Below are positions 1 to 13,052 of a stretch of DNA of 64,000 nucleotides, in pieces (position 1 is the stretch's first letter; every line of letters begins with the position of its first letter). Under the pieces are notes generated by a model. It saw only the letters and a list, made by a program, of their open reading frames with translations. It did not search any database and was not told where the DNA came from. Position numbers and translations under genes: made by a program. The stretch comes from Eledone cirrhosa (lineage: Eukaryota), in the NCBI GenBank assembly GCA_964016885.1, contig OZ024746.1, positions 16,058,001-16,122,000 of the forward strand, given 5' to 3'.

Positions 1-809
1 TAGAGATGGAATTTTCAAAAACTATCAAAATAACACAGAAAATAACAGAGAGTACAGAGTGTGTGTGTGTGTTTAATCATCATCATTGTTTAATGGCCAT
101 TTTCCATGCACTCTGGGTTATATTGTGTGTGGGTGGTGTGTGTGTATATATACATACATATTTTATATGTGTATATATTTTATGTGTATATATATTATAT
201 ATTTTATATGTGTATATATATTTTTTTTATATATATGTATATATAAATATATGTGTGTATATATATCATCATCATCGTTTAATGTCTATCTTCCACGCTA
301 GCATGGGTTTATATATATATATAAAGACTATTTTTATGCACATTTTAGATAAAAGCCATTTGGTACTATATAATTCAGTGTGTTGAGTGCAACACGTGGT
401 ATTAGTGCAGTTGATGTTCAGATATATGACCAAGCACTGCTACCTGGTTAAATTAGAGTGAGAGGAAATAGTAAAGTACAGTGCAAATGTAGATTTTTCA
501 ATTACTGCAATTATTATTACTACAGTTTCTGGAAAGTGGTGTGTATGTGTACACATGCACGTGTGTGAGAGAGAGAATTACTTGTACAAGGGAAGAAATG
601 TTTATGTAAGCAATATTTCTATATTGGATAACTGGAAATGACTTAGACTAAAATGACAGATTGAATAGTTTAAGAGTGGTTCTTTTTAATAGTTTTTTTT
701 AAAGTTTTTTTTTTAGATTTATGATTCTCAGTTGTGTGTTCATATCACAGGAGAATCATCAGTAAATTAAGTATGAACAGTCTATGTATGTATGTATGTG
801 CGCGCGCGC

Positions 810-849
<40 letters not shown>

Positions 850-850
<1 letters not shown>

Positions 851-1550
851 GCATAGCAAGTAAGGCAATTAATGATATGGAGACAGGCAAAGTAGCTGGA
901 CCATCAGGGTCAGTTGCAGAGATGCTGAAAGCATCTGAGATGGTGGGTTACACCTTAACTACTCATATTGTAAACCAGGTAATATAAAATGGTGTCATAC
1001 CCAATGGCTGGCATAATAACATCATTGTCAACTGCTACAAAGGTAAAGGTATTGCACTAGAGAGAGAAAACTATAGAAGCATGAAGTTGATGGAACAGGT
1101 CATGAATGTTGCAGAAAGTTATTGCACAACTTTATTAAGGACCGAGTTAACCTAGATTAGATGCGGTTCAGATTTGTGCTGGGTAAAAATACCACTGATC
1201 CCCTCTTCCTTGTGAGGCAACAGCAGGAGAAGTACATAGCTAAAAGTAAGCCCCTCTAAGCACTTGTTGACCTGAAGAAAGCTTTTGGCAGAGTTCCCTG
1301 TTCCATAATCTGGGGAGAAGGGTTTAAGACTGGCTGCCCATGGGAACTTCTATATACAGATGATCTAACCCTCTTAACTGAATGTATGGCAGAATTAAAG
1401 AAGAAATTCAAAGCCTGGAAGCATAGCTTAGAATCAAAAGATATTAAAGTCAACTTGGCAAAAACTAAATTCCTAGTAGAAAGGAAAACAGGACCCAGAT
1501 CCCTTCAGGCTCTGCTCGGTGTGCAGGAAAGGAGTGGGTAGAAATAGTAA
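850..1550 (+). mobile_element. Degraded RTE-clade LINE reverse transcriptase fragment (stops, frameshifts, internal deletion)
   Basis: Translates to KAINDMETGKVAGPSGSVAEMLK, IVNCYKGKG..ENYRSMKL, VDLKKAFGRVP and PWELLYTDDL..ESKDIKVNLAKTK (YADD motif degenerate), then CSVCRKGVGRNS. It starts just after a (TA)n/(TG)n tract. Confidence 0.9.
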
Positions 1551-1867
1551 TGACATTCTTTGTAGATCATTAACTGATAACGGTGCCATGACACTGTCAC
1601 AAAACTGCTACTACACTGTGTCACTGTCACTATATTGTGCTTCAATACTGTGTCACTGTCACAATATTGTGCCACAACACTACCACACTCTCTCAAACAG
1701 ATCAATGATATCAACCTCAAATAGCTGACAGGATTAAAAATTATTTTTCCAGCAATCCATCTTTCAACATTAATATTGCAACTGTCAACAATTTTAGCTT
1801 TAATTAGTTCTACAGTCTTTTCCTTGTCACATTGTCTATGATGGACAGTTTTTGCACCAAATAGATT

Positions 1868-2235
1868 TAACCCATTACCTGTGGAAAACTAAACTATATT
1901 CCACGGCTCTGACACACAATTTAACCCCATTACCTGTGGAAAACTATATTCCATAGCTACTGACACACAATTTAACCATGGGGTTAAATTGTGTGTCATT
2001 ACCTGTGGAAAACTATATTCCATGGCTACTGACACACAATTTAACCCCATTACTTGTGGCAAACTAAACTATTTCCACAGCTGCTGACACACAATTTAAC
2101 CCCATTACCTGTGGAAAACTAAACTATATTCCACAGCTACTGACACACAATTTAACCCCATTACCTGTGGAAAACTAAACTATATTCCACAGCTACTGAC
2201 ACACAATTTAGCCCCATTACCTGTGGAAAACTAAA
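1868..2235. repeat. ~56-bp minisatellite, ~6 copies, with an internal inversion
   Basis: Unit ttaaccccattacctgtggaaaactaaactatattccacagctactgacacacaat; a 17-bp perfect inverted repeat lies at 1961-1998. Confidence 0.9.
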
Positions 2236-3370
2236 TCATACTCTACTACTATTACTTGTTGTTATTGTATAAAAGACAAACGAGATAAGAGTCTAGTCTA
2301 AAGAATCTGGCAACTGCAAAGTGTGTGTAGACGGCTGCTAATGGAGAATAATTGGAACAGCTGTTTGTGCGTGATCAGTAAGGAATTAGAAACCTCTCTC
2401 AGGAATTGGAAATGCTAATTGTGGTTGAAAGAAGATAGATGGCTTTTTGTTTTATGTAAGTTATTAAGTTGTAAAAGTTGAAACAGTTTTGGGAATTGGC
2501 AAAGTCATATGACTTAAAGGCTTAAATTGTGAAAGCCTCTCTTTGCCGATGTTTGGCCAAAGAAGTCAACAGAGAATAGAGAATTGCAGGGCCAAAAGCC
2601 AAGTATAGAAGAGCAGAAGATAGTGTTGGCTTTGGGGCAAAGCTCTCCATCAACATCGTAACTAAAAAGGCTAAAAATCAATACGCTATTAGATTACATA
2701 AAACTAACCTCTGAACAGTTGCAATTCTCATAGGTTTCTCACCTCTCTATAACAGTTTTGTTTTTACTTTTATTCACATCCCCCCTCCCCACCCCACCTC
2801 CGTCTTTAACCCCATTTTCTTTCGTTTTATTCTGCTTCTCCCCATAATTGTTCAGCATTATAACACACTACCGAAAATTATGCAAGGAATAATTTCACCC
2901 ATTTTAGACAGAGGCTGGTTATTTTGGCATTGTTTGGTAATCATTGAAAATAAATTGCCCTGAATAATTTGATTATTTTGGGTTTTCAGTTGAATGCTTA
3001 AGCAAAACAGCAAGCCCATAGCTGTCATTGTGCTGAGTCTCTAGCATATAGGTCTATGTCTATAGAATCTCTAGCCTCTAGGTCTATTGAATATATAGCC
3101 TATAGATCTAGGTCTATAGTAGCCTATAGCTGCTACAGTATAGAATCTTAGTCTTTAGCCATCACTGTATATACACCAAAAACTGTATTCTATATATCTA
3201 CATGTAGTAAAACAGTGTATATTGCAGACATGTAGTAAAACTGTACATTACAGACATGTAGTAAAACTGTACATTACAGACATGTAGTAAAACTGTGTAA
3301 ATAGCTAGATGTAAATTACATCTTCCTTAAAATGTGGAGGATGTACACAAGTCTCTCTCTCTATATATAT

Positions 3371-3744
3371 GGAGGCACATGGCTTAGTGGTTAGAGCATT
3401 GGCCTTGCAATCGAAAGGTTGTGAGTTCAATTCTCAGATCGGGTGATGTGTTGTTTCCTTGAGCAAGACACTTTATTTCACATTGCTCCAGTTTACTCAG
3501 CTGTAGAAATGAGATGATAGGACTGGGGTCCCTATCATTCCACTGTAAAGTGGTCGTAGAGGTGCCAGTGCAAAAAAGCACCCAGCACTCACTGTAAATG
3601 AGGTTGGTGTTAGGAAGGGCATCCAGCTGTAGAAATCAAGCCAGAATCAGTTCCCATATGAACAAGACAACACTGACCACAACAGGACAACCCGTCTAAC
3701 CCATGCTAGCGTGGAAGAACGGACGTAAAAACGGTGATGATGAT
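3371..3744 (+). mobile_element. tRNA-derived SINE, family A, copy 1
   Basis: Head GGAGGCACATGGCTTAGTGGTTAGAGC (A box) ... GAGTTCAATTC (B box), body CCTTGAGCAAGACACTT, and an RTE-like tail ending in (GAT)n. Three near-identical copies occur elsewhere in the window. Confidence 0.9.
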
Positions 3745-4129
3745 ATATATATATGTATATGCATATGTATATATATATATAAGTATTCAAAACAAAGGAC
3801 TGGTACTGTTTGAAGAAAAGATTCACTATTTAAAATATAACATGTAAACCTTTTGGTGGTTAAATGGAGACAATGTAAGGTTTGAAACATCTTTTCAGTC
3901 TTGTCAAACTTGTGACATCTCTAGGGCCATAATAAAATGCGCCCAATGCACTCTGTCAAGTGCTACTACTGATGTCATGATAAAATGCACCCATTGTACT
4001 CTATCAAGTGCTACTGCTGATTCTATGACAAATGCACCCAGTATACGCTGTAAGCTGGTTGGCTTCATGAAAATCATCCAACCAAAGAAATCATGCCAAA
4101 TATAGAACACAGTGAGCAAGAAGAGGTCA

Positions 4130-4545
4130 CTCTGACCTATCTGACCCTAACAACCTGTCCAACCCATGCCAGTCTGGTAATACTGACCTATCTGGTCACT
4201 GACCCTAACAACCTGTCCAACTCATGCCAGTCTGGTAACACTGACCCAAACAACCTGTCCAACCCATGCCAGTCTGGTAACACTGACCCAAACAACCTGT
4301 CCAACCCATGCCAGTCTGGTAACACTGACCTTTCTGGTCACTGACCCTAACAACCTGCCCAACCTATGCCAGTCTGGTAACACTGACCCTAACAACCTGT
4401 CCAACCCATGCCAGTCTGGTAACACTGACCTATCTGGTAACACTGACCTAAATAACCTGTCCAACCCATGCCCATCTGGTAACACTGACCTAACAACCTG
4501 TCCAACCCATGCCAGTGTGTAAAGCAGACATAAAATGATAATGAT
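4130..4545 (+). repeat. ~39-bp minisatellite derived from a SINE/RTE 3' tail
   Basis: Unit aacaacctgtccaacccatgccagtctggtaacactgaccc; the last copy runs into the normal tail ...aaagcagacataaaatgataatgat. Confidence 0.85.
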
Positions 4546-4699
4546 TTATCTATTTGCAAGAAAATTTGTTTCAAATAAAATTCTTTTGTATTTTCTTTCT
4601 TATTTCTGATTTTTATTATTTCAAAACTGAATTCAGGGTTTCAGATATTTAAACTAGCAGCTTGTGGGTTACACTACATATATACAGTATATATATAAA

Positions 4700-4868
4700 T
4701 CATCATCATCATTTTATGTCTGCTTTTCCCTGCTTGTAATGGTGGGACGGGTCCTATTCAGCACAGCATCTCTCCACTTGTCACGGTCCTTCGTCATCTC
4801 CTCTGTGAGCTTCAGTGATCTGAGGTCTGCTCTCACCACCTCCACCCATGTTTTTTGTGGTCTTTTCG
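4700..4868 (-). mobile_element. 5'-truncated RTE LINE 3' end
   Basis: Minus strand encodes RPQKTWVEVVRADLRSLKLTEEMTKDRDKWRDAV (typical RTE C-terminus), followed by a CCCGTCCCACC...(ATG)n tail. Confidence 0.85.
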
Positions 4869-4877
4869 TGATACAAT

Positions 4878-5190
4878 GTGTGTTGTATGTGGTCCTAGAT
4901 GTATGTATTACCTGCCTGTATGTTGTATGTAGTCCTAGATGTATGTATTACCTGCTTATGTATTGCATGTGGTCCCAGCTGTATGTATTACCTGCTTGTG
5001 TGTTGTATGTGGTCCTAGATGTATGTATTACCTGATTGTGTTGTATGTGGTCCTAGATGTTTGTATTACCTGATTATGTGTTGTATGTGGTCCTAGATGT
5101 TTGTACTACCTACCTGTGTGTTGTATGTGGTCCTAGATGTTTGTATTACCTGATTATGTGTTGCATGTGGTCCTAGATGTGTGTGCTACC
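4878..5190. repeat. ~40-bp minisatellite, ~8 copies
   Basis: Unit tgtgttgtatgtggtcctagatgtatgtattacctgctt. Confidence 0.9.
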
Positions 5191-6426
5191 CACTTCTGTG
5201 TTTTTTCTTTTCTTTTCTTTTTTTTTTATTTGTAATATTATTTATACAATAGAGAATAAAATAGATCTACATAGTGTTAACTCGTTACGGTTGAGTAATC
5301 ATTTCACACATGAAATACATTGTTATCGGTGAAGTAAAGATAAGATTCTAACTGGCTGTGCTTGACCCAGTTGACTGTGGGTTTTTCCATTTTTAGGATC
5401 ACGATTGCCGGTTAATTTCTAGACACGCCTGCACACCTGCTCACAGACTATAATTATGCTTGCTGTCTGCATGCTCATTCAAATGCATTCACACTGGCTG
5501 TCTCAAAGACATACAAATATGGCTTATAAAACTTACCAAAGTACAGAGCCTTCCAGCGCCTCCAAACGCCCCCCCCCCCCCCCCCTAACGCGACCTTGCT
5601 CCCAAACGCCTCCCTGGAGTTCTGAAACGCCCCCCGGGGGTGCATATGCCCCCCCCCCCCCACTATCACATCAATAATATATATATCTTACCATGTGTTA
5701 TCCAGAGTGGTATAGTATATCTTATACATTATCACATCAATAACATATATATATATATATCTTACCATGTATTATCAAAGATATACTGCTCTCTAAACCC
5801 ATAGTCATATCACTGTTAATGGTATAACTTAAAGGATATAACACAACCAATGTTCAGTGTTACATTCTCTTGTTTCCCCCTTCACCACCTTTCTTTCTTT
5901 GTTTTGCTCTTTTTTCTCATTGAACCTTCATCCTCTCCCTCTCTTCTTCCTTCCTTCTTCCCTCCTCTCTCTCCCCTCTATCCTGTCCCCCTCTCATTCT
6001 TCTCCCTTCTCTTCTCCAGTTCACTCCTCCCTCCCACCTTTATCCCACTAATTTATGTAAAGTTATAAAAGTCAATCAGGTTGTTATACCATCACACCAA
6101 TGGGTGGGTGGGTAACTGGGCAGCTGTTTTTTGTTAGATATATAACGCACACACATATGTATACATATCATATGCACATATACACACGTATATACTCAGA
6201 CATTTGTATACATATCACTGTCATACACAGGCACCTCTATACTCAGAACCCTACACACACACACACACTCAGAATCCAATGTACACACACATTACACAAG
6301 CCTACTACACATTAAAAAATTACACAAACACTCAGAAATATGTACCACCGATTTCTCTCTCTCTCTCTCTCTCAATTATCTAGTTACTTCTACTCTCTCT
6401 CTCTCTCTCTCAATTATCTAGTTACT

Positions 6427-6492
<66 letters not shown>

Positions 6493-6619
6493 AAACTACT
6501 TACCCACACTCTCCCTTTCTCTCTCTCCTATCTACACCTGCCTCTCTCCCCTTACTATACACTAACTTTGTTGTTGCTGATGTTGTTGGACACATCACTG
6601 AGAGTGAACATGATTGGAT

Positions 6620-7120
6620 TGCAGATGATGATGATGATGATGATGGGAGAGAGTGAGAGAGAGGTAGTGGTGACAGTGGGAGAGAGTGAGAGGTAGGTAG
6701 TGGTGCAGAAGTGGTGGTAGTGGTGATGGAGAGGGACGTAGTGGTGGTGGTGGTGATGATGATGGAGAGGGTGAGAGAGGGAGGTAGTGATGTAGAGATG
6801 GTGGTGATGATGGGAGAAGGTGAGAGAGAGAGGGAGGTGGTGATGATAATGGGAGAGGGTGAGAGAGGGAGGTAGAGCTGCAGAGGTGGTGAGGATGATG
6901 ATGGGAGAGGGTGAGAGAGGGAGGTAGAGCTGCAGAGGTGGTGAGGATGATGATGTGAGAGAGGGAGGTAGAGCTGCAGAGGTGGTGAGGATGATGATGG
7001 GAGAGGGTGAGAGAGGGGGGTAGAGCTGCAGAGGTGGTGAGGGTGAGAGAGGCAGGTAGAGCTGCAGAGGTGGTGGTGGTGAGGATGGTGATGGGAGAGA
7101 GGGAGCTAGAGCTATAGAGG
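6620..7120. repeat. Purine/G-rich degenerate tandem repeat
   Basis: Recurrent ggtagagctgcagaggtggtgaggatgatgatgggagagggtgagagagggg with strong strand asymmetry. Confidence 0.8.
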
Positions 7121-7231
7121 GGGGTGATAGTGATTTGCTGTTTAAGCAAGGGATTCGTGAACACAATGGATGTAAAGTCAGTGATGTGTGACATCACATG
7201 CTTTGTTGTTGTTGTTGTAGTCATGGTAGAA

Positions 7232-10200
7232 GAGTGCAAGTGTTTATACTGTGTGATACTATCCTCCATGTTGTGGTGGTGGAGTGCAAGTGTTTATACT
7301 GTGTGATACTATCCTCCATGTTGTGGTGGTGGTGGTGGTGGTGGAGTGCAAGTGTTTATACTGTGTGATACTATCCTCCATGTTGTGGTGGTGGAGTGCA
7401 AGTGTTTATACTGTGTGATACTATCCTCCATGTTGTGGTGGTGGAGTGCAAGTGTTTATACTGTGTGATACTATCCTCCATGTTGTTGTGGTGGTGGTGG
7501 TGGTGGAGTGCAAGTGTTTATACTGTGTGATACTATCCTCCATGTTGTGGTGGTGGAGTGCAAGTGTTTATACTGTGTGATACTATCCTCCATGTTGTGG
7601 TGGTGGAGTGCAAGTGTTTATACTGTGTGATACTATCCTCCATGTGGTGGTGGTGGAGTGCAAGTGTTTATACTGTGTGATACTATCCTCCATGTTGTGG
7701 TGGTGGTGGAGTGCAAGTGTTTATACTGTGTGATACTATCCTCCATGTTGTGGTGGTGGAGTGAAAGTGTTTATACTGTGTGATACTATCCTCCATGTTG
7801 TGGTGGTGGAGTGCAAGTGTTTATACTGTGTGATACTATCCTCCATGTGGTGGTGGTGGAGTGCAAGTGTTTATACTGTGTGATACTATCCTCCATGTTG
7901 TGGTGGTGGAGTGCAAGTGTTTATACTGTGTGATACTATCCTCCATGTGGTGGTGGTGGAGTGCAAGTGTTTATACTGTGTGATACTATCCTCCATGTTG
8001 TGGTGGTGGAGTGCAAGTGTTTATACTGTGTGATACTATCCTCCATGTTGTGGTGGTGGAGTGCAAGTGTTTATACTGTGTGATACTATCCTCCATGTGG
8101 TGGTGGTGGAGTGCAAGTGTTTATACTGTGTGATACTATCCTCCATGTTGTGGTGGTGGTGGAGTGAAAGTGTTTATACTGTGTGATACTATCCTCCATG
8201 TTGTGGTGGTGGAGTGCAAGTGTTTATACTGTGTGATACTATCCTCCATGTGGTGGTGGTGGAGTGCAAGTGTTTATACTGTGTGATACTATCCTCCATG
8301 TTGTGGTGGTGGTGGAGTGCAAGTGTTTATACTGTGTGATACTATCCTCCATGTTGTGGTGGTGGAGTGCAAGTGTTTATACTGTGTGATACTATCCTCC
8401 ATGTTGTGGTGGTGGTGGAGTGCAAGTGTTTATACTGTGTGATACTATCCTCCATGTTGTGGTGGTGGAGTGAAAGTGTTTATACTGTGTGATACTATCC
8501 TCCATGTTGTGGTGGTGGAGTGCAAGTGTTTATACTGTGTGATACTATCCTCCATGTTGTGGTGGAGTGCAAGTGTTTATACTGTGTGATACTATCCTCC
8601 ATGTTGTGGTGGTGGTGGAGTGCAAGTGTTTATACTGTGTGATACTATCCTCCATGTTGTGGTGGTGGAGTGCAAGTGTTTATACTGTGTGATACTATCC
8701 TCCATGTGGTGGTGGTGGTGGTGGTGGAGTGCAAGTGTTTATACTGTGTGATACTATCCTCCATGTTGTGGTGGTGGTGGTGGAGTGCAAGTGTTTATAC
8801 TGTGTGATACTATCCTCCATGTTGTGGTGGTGGAGTGCAAGTGTTTATACTGTGTGATACTATCCTCCATGTTGTGGTGGTGGAGTGCAAGTGTTTATAC
8901 TGTGTGATACTATCCTCCATGTTGTGGTGGAGTGCAAGTGTTTATACTGTGTGATACTATCCTCCATGTTGTGGTGGTGGTGGAGTGCAAGTGTTTATAC
9001 TGTGTGATACTATCCTCCATGTTGTGGTGGTGGTGGAGTGCAAGTGTTTATACTGTGTGATACTATCCTCCATGTTGTGGTGGTGGAGTGCAAGTGTTTA
9101 TACTGTGTGATACTATCCTCCATGTGGTGGTGGTGGAGTGCAAGTGTTTATACTGTGTGATACTATCCTCCATGTTGTGGTGGTGGAGTGCAAGTGTTTA
9201 TACTGTGTGATACTATCCTCCATGTGGTGGTGGTGGTGGTGGAGTGCAAGTGTTTATACTGTGTGATACTATCCTCCATGTTGTGGTGGTGGAGTGCAAG
9301 TGTTTATACTGTGTGATACTATCCTCCATGTTGTGGTGGTGGAGTGCAAGTGTTTATACTGTGTGATACTATCCTCCATGTGGTGGTGGTGGAGTGCAAG
9401 TGTTTATACTGTGTGATACTATCCTCCATGTTGTGGTGGTGGAGTGCAAGTGTTTATACTGTGTGATACTATCCTCCATGTTGTGGTGGTGGTGGTGGAG
9501 TGCAAGTGTTTATACTGTGTGATACTATCCTCCATGTGGTGGTGGTGGTGGAGTGCAAGTGTTTATACTGTGTGATACTATCCTCCATGTTGTGGTGGTG
9601 GAGTGCAAGTGTTTATACTGTGTGATACTATCCTCCATGTTGTGGTGGTGGTGGTGGTGGTGGAGTGCAAGTGTTTATACTGTATGATACTATCCTCCAT
9701 GTTGTGGTGGTGGTGGTGGAGTGCAAGTGTTTATACTGTATGATACTATCCTCCATGTTGTGGTGGTGGTGGTGGAGTGCAAGTGTTTATACTGTATGAT
9801 ACTATCCTCCATGTTGTGGTGGTGGTGGTGGAGTGCAAGTGTTTATACTGTGTGATACTATCCTCCATGTTGTGGTGGTGGTGGTGGAGTGCAAGTGTTT
9901 ATACTGTGTGATACTATCCTCCATGTTGTGGTGGTGGAGTGCAAGTGTTTATACTGTGTGATACTATCCTCCATGTTGTGGTGGAGTGCAAGTGTTTATA
10001 CTGTGTGATACTATCCTCCATGTTGTGGTGGTGGAGTGCAAGTGTTTATACTGTGTGATACTATCCTCCATGTTGTGGTGGTGGAGTGCAAGTGTTTATA
10101 CTGTGTGATACTATCCTCCATGTTGTGGTGGAGTGCAAGTGTTTATACTGTGTGATACTATCCTACATGTGGTGGTGGTGGAGTGCAAGTGTTTATACTG

Positions 10201-11131
10201 TGTGATACTATCCTCCATATTGTGGTGGAGTGCAAGTGTTTATACTGTGTGATACTATCCTCCATGTTGTGGTGGAGTGCAAGTGTTTATACTGTGTGAT
10301 ACTATCCTCCATGTTGTGGTGGTGGTGGTGGAGTGCAAGTGTTTATACTGTGTGATACTATCCTCCATGTTGTGGTGGTGGTGGTGGAGTGCAAGTGTTT
10401 ATACTGTGTGATACTATCCTCCATGTTGTGGTGGAGTGCAAGTGTTTATACTGTGTGATACTATCCTCCATGTTGTGGTGGTGGTGGTGGAGTGCAAGTG
10501 TTTATACTGTGTGATACTATCCTCCATGTGGTGGTGGTGGTGGTGGAGTGCAAGTGTTTATACTGTGTGATACTATCCTCCATGTGGTGGTGGTGGAGTG
10601 CAAGTGTTTATACTGTGTGATACTATCCTACATGTGGTGGTGGTGGAGTGCAAGTGTTTATACTGTGTGATACTATCCTCCATGTGGTGGTGGTGGAGTG
10701 CAAGTGTTTATACTGTGTGATACTATCCTCCATGTGATGGTGGTGGAGTGTTTATACTGTGTGATACTATCCTCCATGTGGTGGTGGTGGAGTGCAAGTG
10801 TTTATACTGTGTGATACTATCCTACATGTTGTGGTGGTGGAGTGCAAGTGTTTATACTGTGTGATACTATCCTCCATGTGGTGGTGGTGGAGTGCAAGTG
10901 TTTATACTGTGTGATACTATCCTACATGTTGTGGTGGTGGAGTGCAAGTGTTTATACTGTGTGATACTATCCTACATGTGGTGGTGGTGGAGTGCAAGTG
11001 TTTATACTGTGTGATACTATCCTACATGTGGTGGTGGTGGAGTGCAAGTGTTTATACTGTGTGATACTATCCTCCATGTGGTGGTGGTGGTGGAGTGCAA
11101 GTGTTTATACTGTGTGATACTGTCCTACATG
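7232..11131. repeat. 3.9-kb satellite: constant ~41-bp core plus variable (GGT)n spacer, modal unit 50 bp, roughly 75 copies
   Basis: Unit ggagtgcaagtgtttatactgtgtgatactatcctccatgt(tgt)(ggt)n; unit length changes almost entirely in 3-bp steps. Confidence 0.97.
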
Positions 11132-12086
11132 GATAGCATCAATAAACATATTTTGAGGGAGATAGGGGAGAGGAGGAAGGGGACAGTTATACAGTTGTGC
11201 TTCTCAGACTGAAATCAAACCAAATCATATCGGGAGAAAATTTGAATTATTGTTGATCATTAAAGTATCAGGTTGAATACCTTGTAGTATCTGTTTCAGC
11301 CGTGTTTTCTGAGTCCAAACCCTGCCACGGTCAACTTTGATTTTCTGACTTAGGGTTAGGACAATGTAATAAAGTATCAATATAGGACAGTGGGTTACGG
11401 GTATTATTAGAGTGTTAGATGGGATGCCTTGAGGTATCTGTTTCAGCCCTGTGTGTTCTGAGTTCAAATCCCACCTCCTGTCAAAGGAAAAATTGTAACT
11501 TAATAAAACTTCTGCTCCTATCATTAAAACAACCCAGAAGCCTATGAAATGCAACCTCATAGGGGCCAGCTAAACCTATCCAGATGAACCATATCGACAG
11601 CAATAGGCCCAGGGAATGTATATGTTGCCCATATCCTACAGCAATGCTGATGTAATATAGTTTTCAAAGTAAGTGGCGGTAGGACCTGTCACCAAAGTTA
11701 GGGACATTGGAATAGCACTTACTCCCTAACCTGGTGGATGTGGGACCTGTCACCACTTAGGGACACTGGGATAGCACTTAGGTCTCACATCACCAGAGTA
11801 GGGGCTGACACCAGAGTGAATGACACTGGAATGTCACTTACTCCTACCCTGTTGAATGTGGGACCTGTCCTAGTTAATGTGGGATCCGTTACCAGAGTTA
11901 TACATAATTCTCATCTTAGAATTATTGAGAGTGCCCATTGAGACTGTTCTGTTGTCCCCCACCACATACCCTCATCTGCCCATCTCTCACCAGCTTCAAA
12001 GCCTGGTGACAGACATGTGGGGGTGAGGGTGGGGCTGGATGGTTGTTGATAATGATGTAAGTGAAGAAAGACTTACATTTTAGTTG

Positions 12087-12345
12087 TTTAACCTTTTCTT
12101 GACCATATTTCTAATGAAAGATACTGTCTATGTCTTTAACCCTTTCCTGGCCATATTTCTAATGAAAGATACTGTCTATGTCTTTAACCCTTTCCTGGCC
12201 ATATTTCTAATGAAAGATACTGTCTATGTCTTTAACCCTTTCCTGGCCATATTTCTAATGAAAGATACTGTCTATGTCTTTAACCCTTTCATGGCCATAT
12301 TTCTAATGAAAGATACTGTCTATGTCTTTAACCCTTTCATGGCCA
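12087..12345 (+). repeat. 48-bp tandem repeat (~5 copies) of a piggyBac-like MITE terminus
   Basis: Unit ttaaccctttcctggccatatttctaatgaaagatactgtctatgtct begins TTAA-CCCTTT. The same catatttctaatgaa sequence starts single MITE copies near 50505 and 58682. Confidence 0.8.
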
Positions 12346-13052
12346 TCCATCTGTATTTCAATTAATTTTGAAAATATTCAAGAATTTAGCAAAATAACTA
12401 ACATTTTCATTAAGTTGGCTTTTTGAACATATATTAACAAATGTTTTCAACATATGTTAAGAAAATTTTTTAACATATATTAAAAGTTTTTTTTACATAT
12501 ATTAACAAAATTTTTTTTTTATATATATTAACAGATTTTTTTACATATATTAACAAAAGTGTTTTCTACATATATTAAGAAAAGGTTTTTATATATATTA
12601 ACAAAAGTTTTTTTCTTTTACATTTATTAAGAAAACTTTTTTTGCATATATTAAGAAAACTTTTTTTACATATACAATGATGGAACATTGGAATTTATAT
12701 CTAGATATTTTCAAATGAGATATATCGTAGAAGAGCAGTGTTAAAGATTTAAGTGGTCTTTAGAATGTTGCTTTTCATAAATGGCATTGTCTCTGTGTGT
12801 GTTTTAGTATGTGCTAATGTGTGTATTTGTGTGTGGATGTTAGTGTGTGTTCATGTGTATTTGTGTCTGTTAGTGTGTATAACGACTTATATATGTTAGT
12901 GTGTGTTTTATTATGTATGTGTGTATGTTAGTGTGTGAAAGGACCTATACAACTTAAAGTAATAATATAATAATATAACAAGATAACAAATAGGAAGCTG
13001 ATTATAGAAGTTTTATTTTAATTAGGATTATAAGTCAGTCTTTTTCCTATTT

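Noticed and set aside
3371-3445. tRNA gene at SINE heads (also 26200-26275, 39043-39115, 61270-61344)
   Set aside because: A and B boxes are present, but the acceptor and anticodon stems are broken and the sequence continues into the SINE body.
5550-5662. GC-rich C-tract patch, possibly a hAT-MITE end
   Set aside because: No terminal inverted repeat pair or target-site duplication visible, so it cannot be supported.
6340-7306. Pro/Ser/His-rich ORFs (also 30331-30878, 34377-35173, 39460-40330)
   Set aside because: Simple-repeat translations open in several frames, with no splice or start support.
7232-11131. CRISPR-like layout of constant repeat plus variable spacer
   Set aside because: The spacers are only (GGT)n length variants, there are no cas genes, and the context is eukaryotic.
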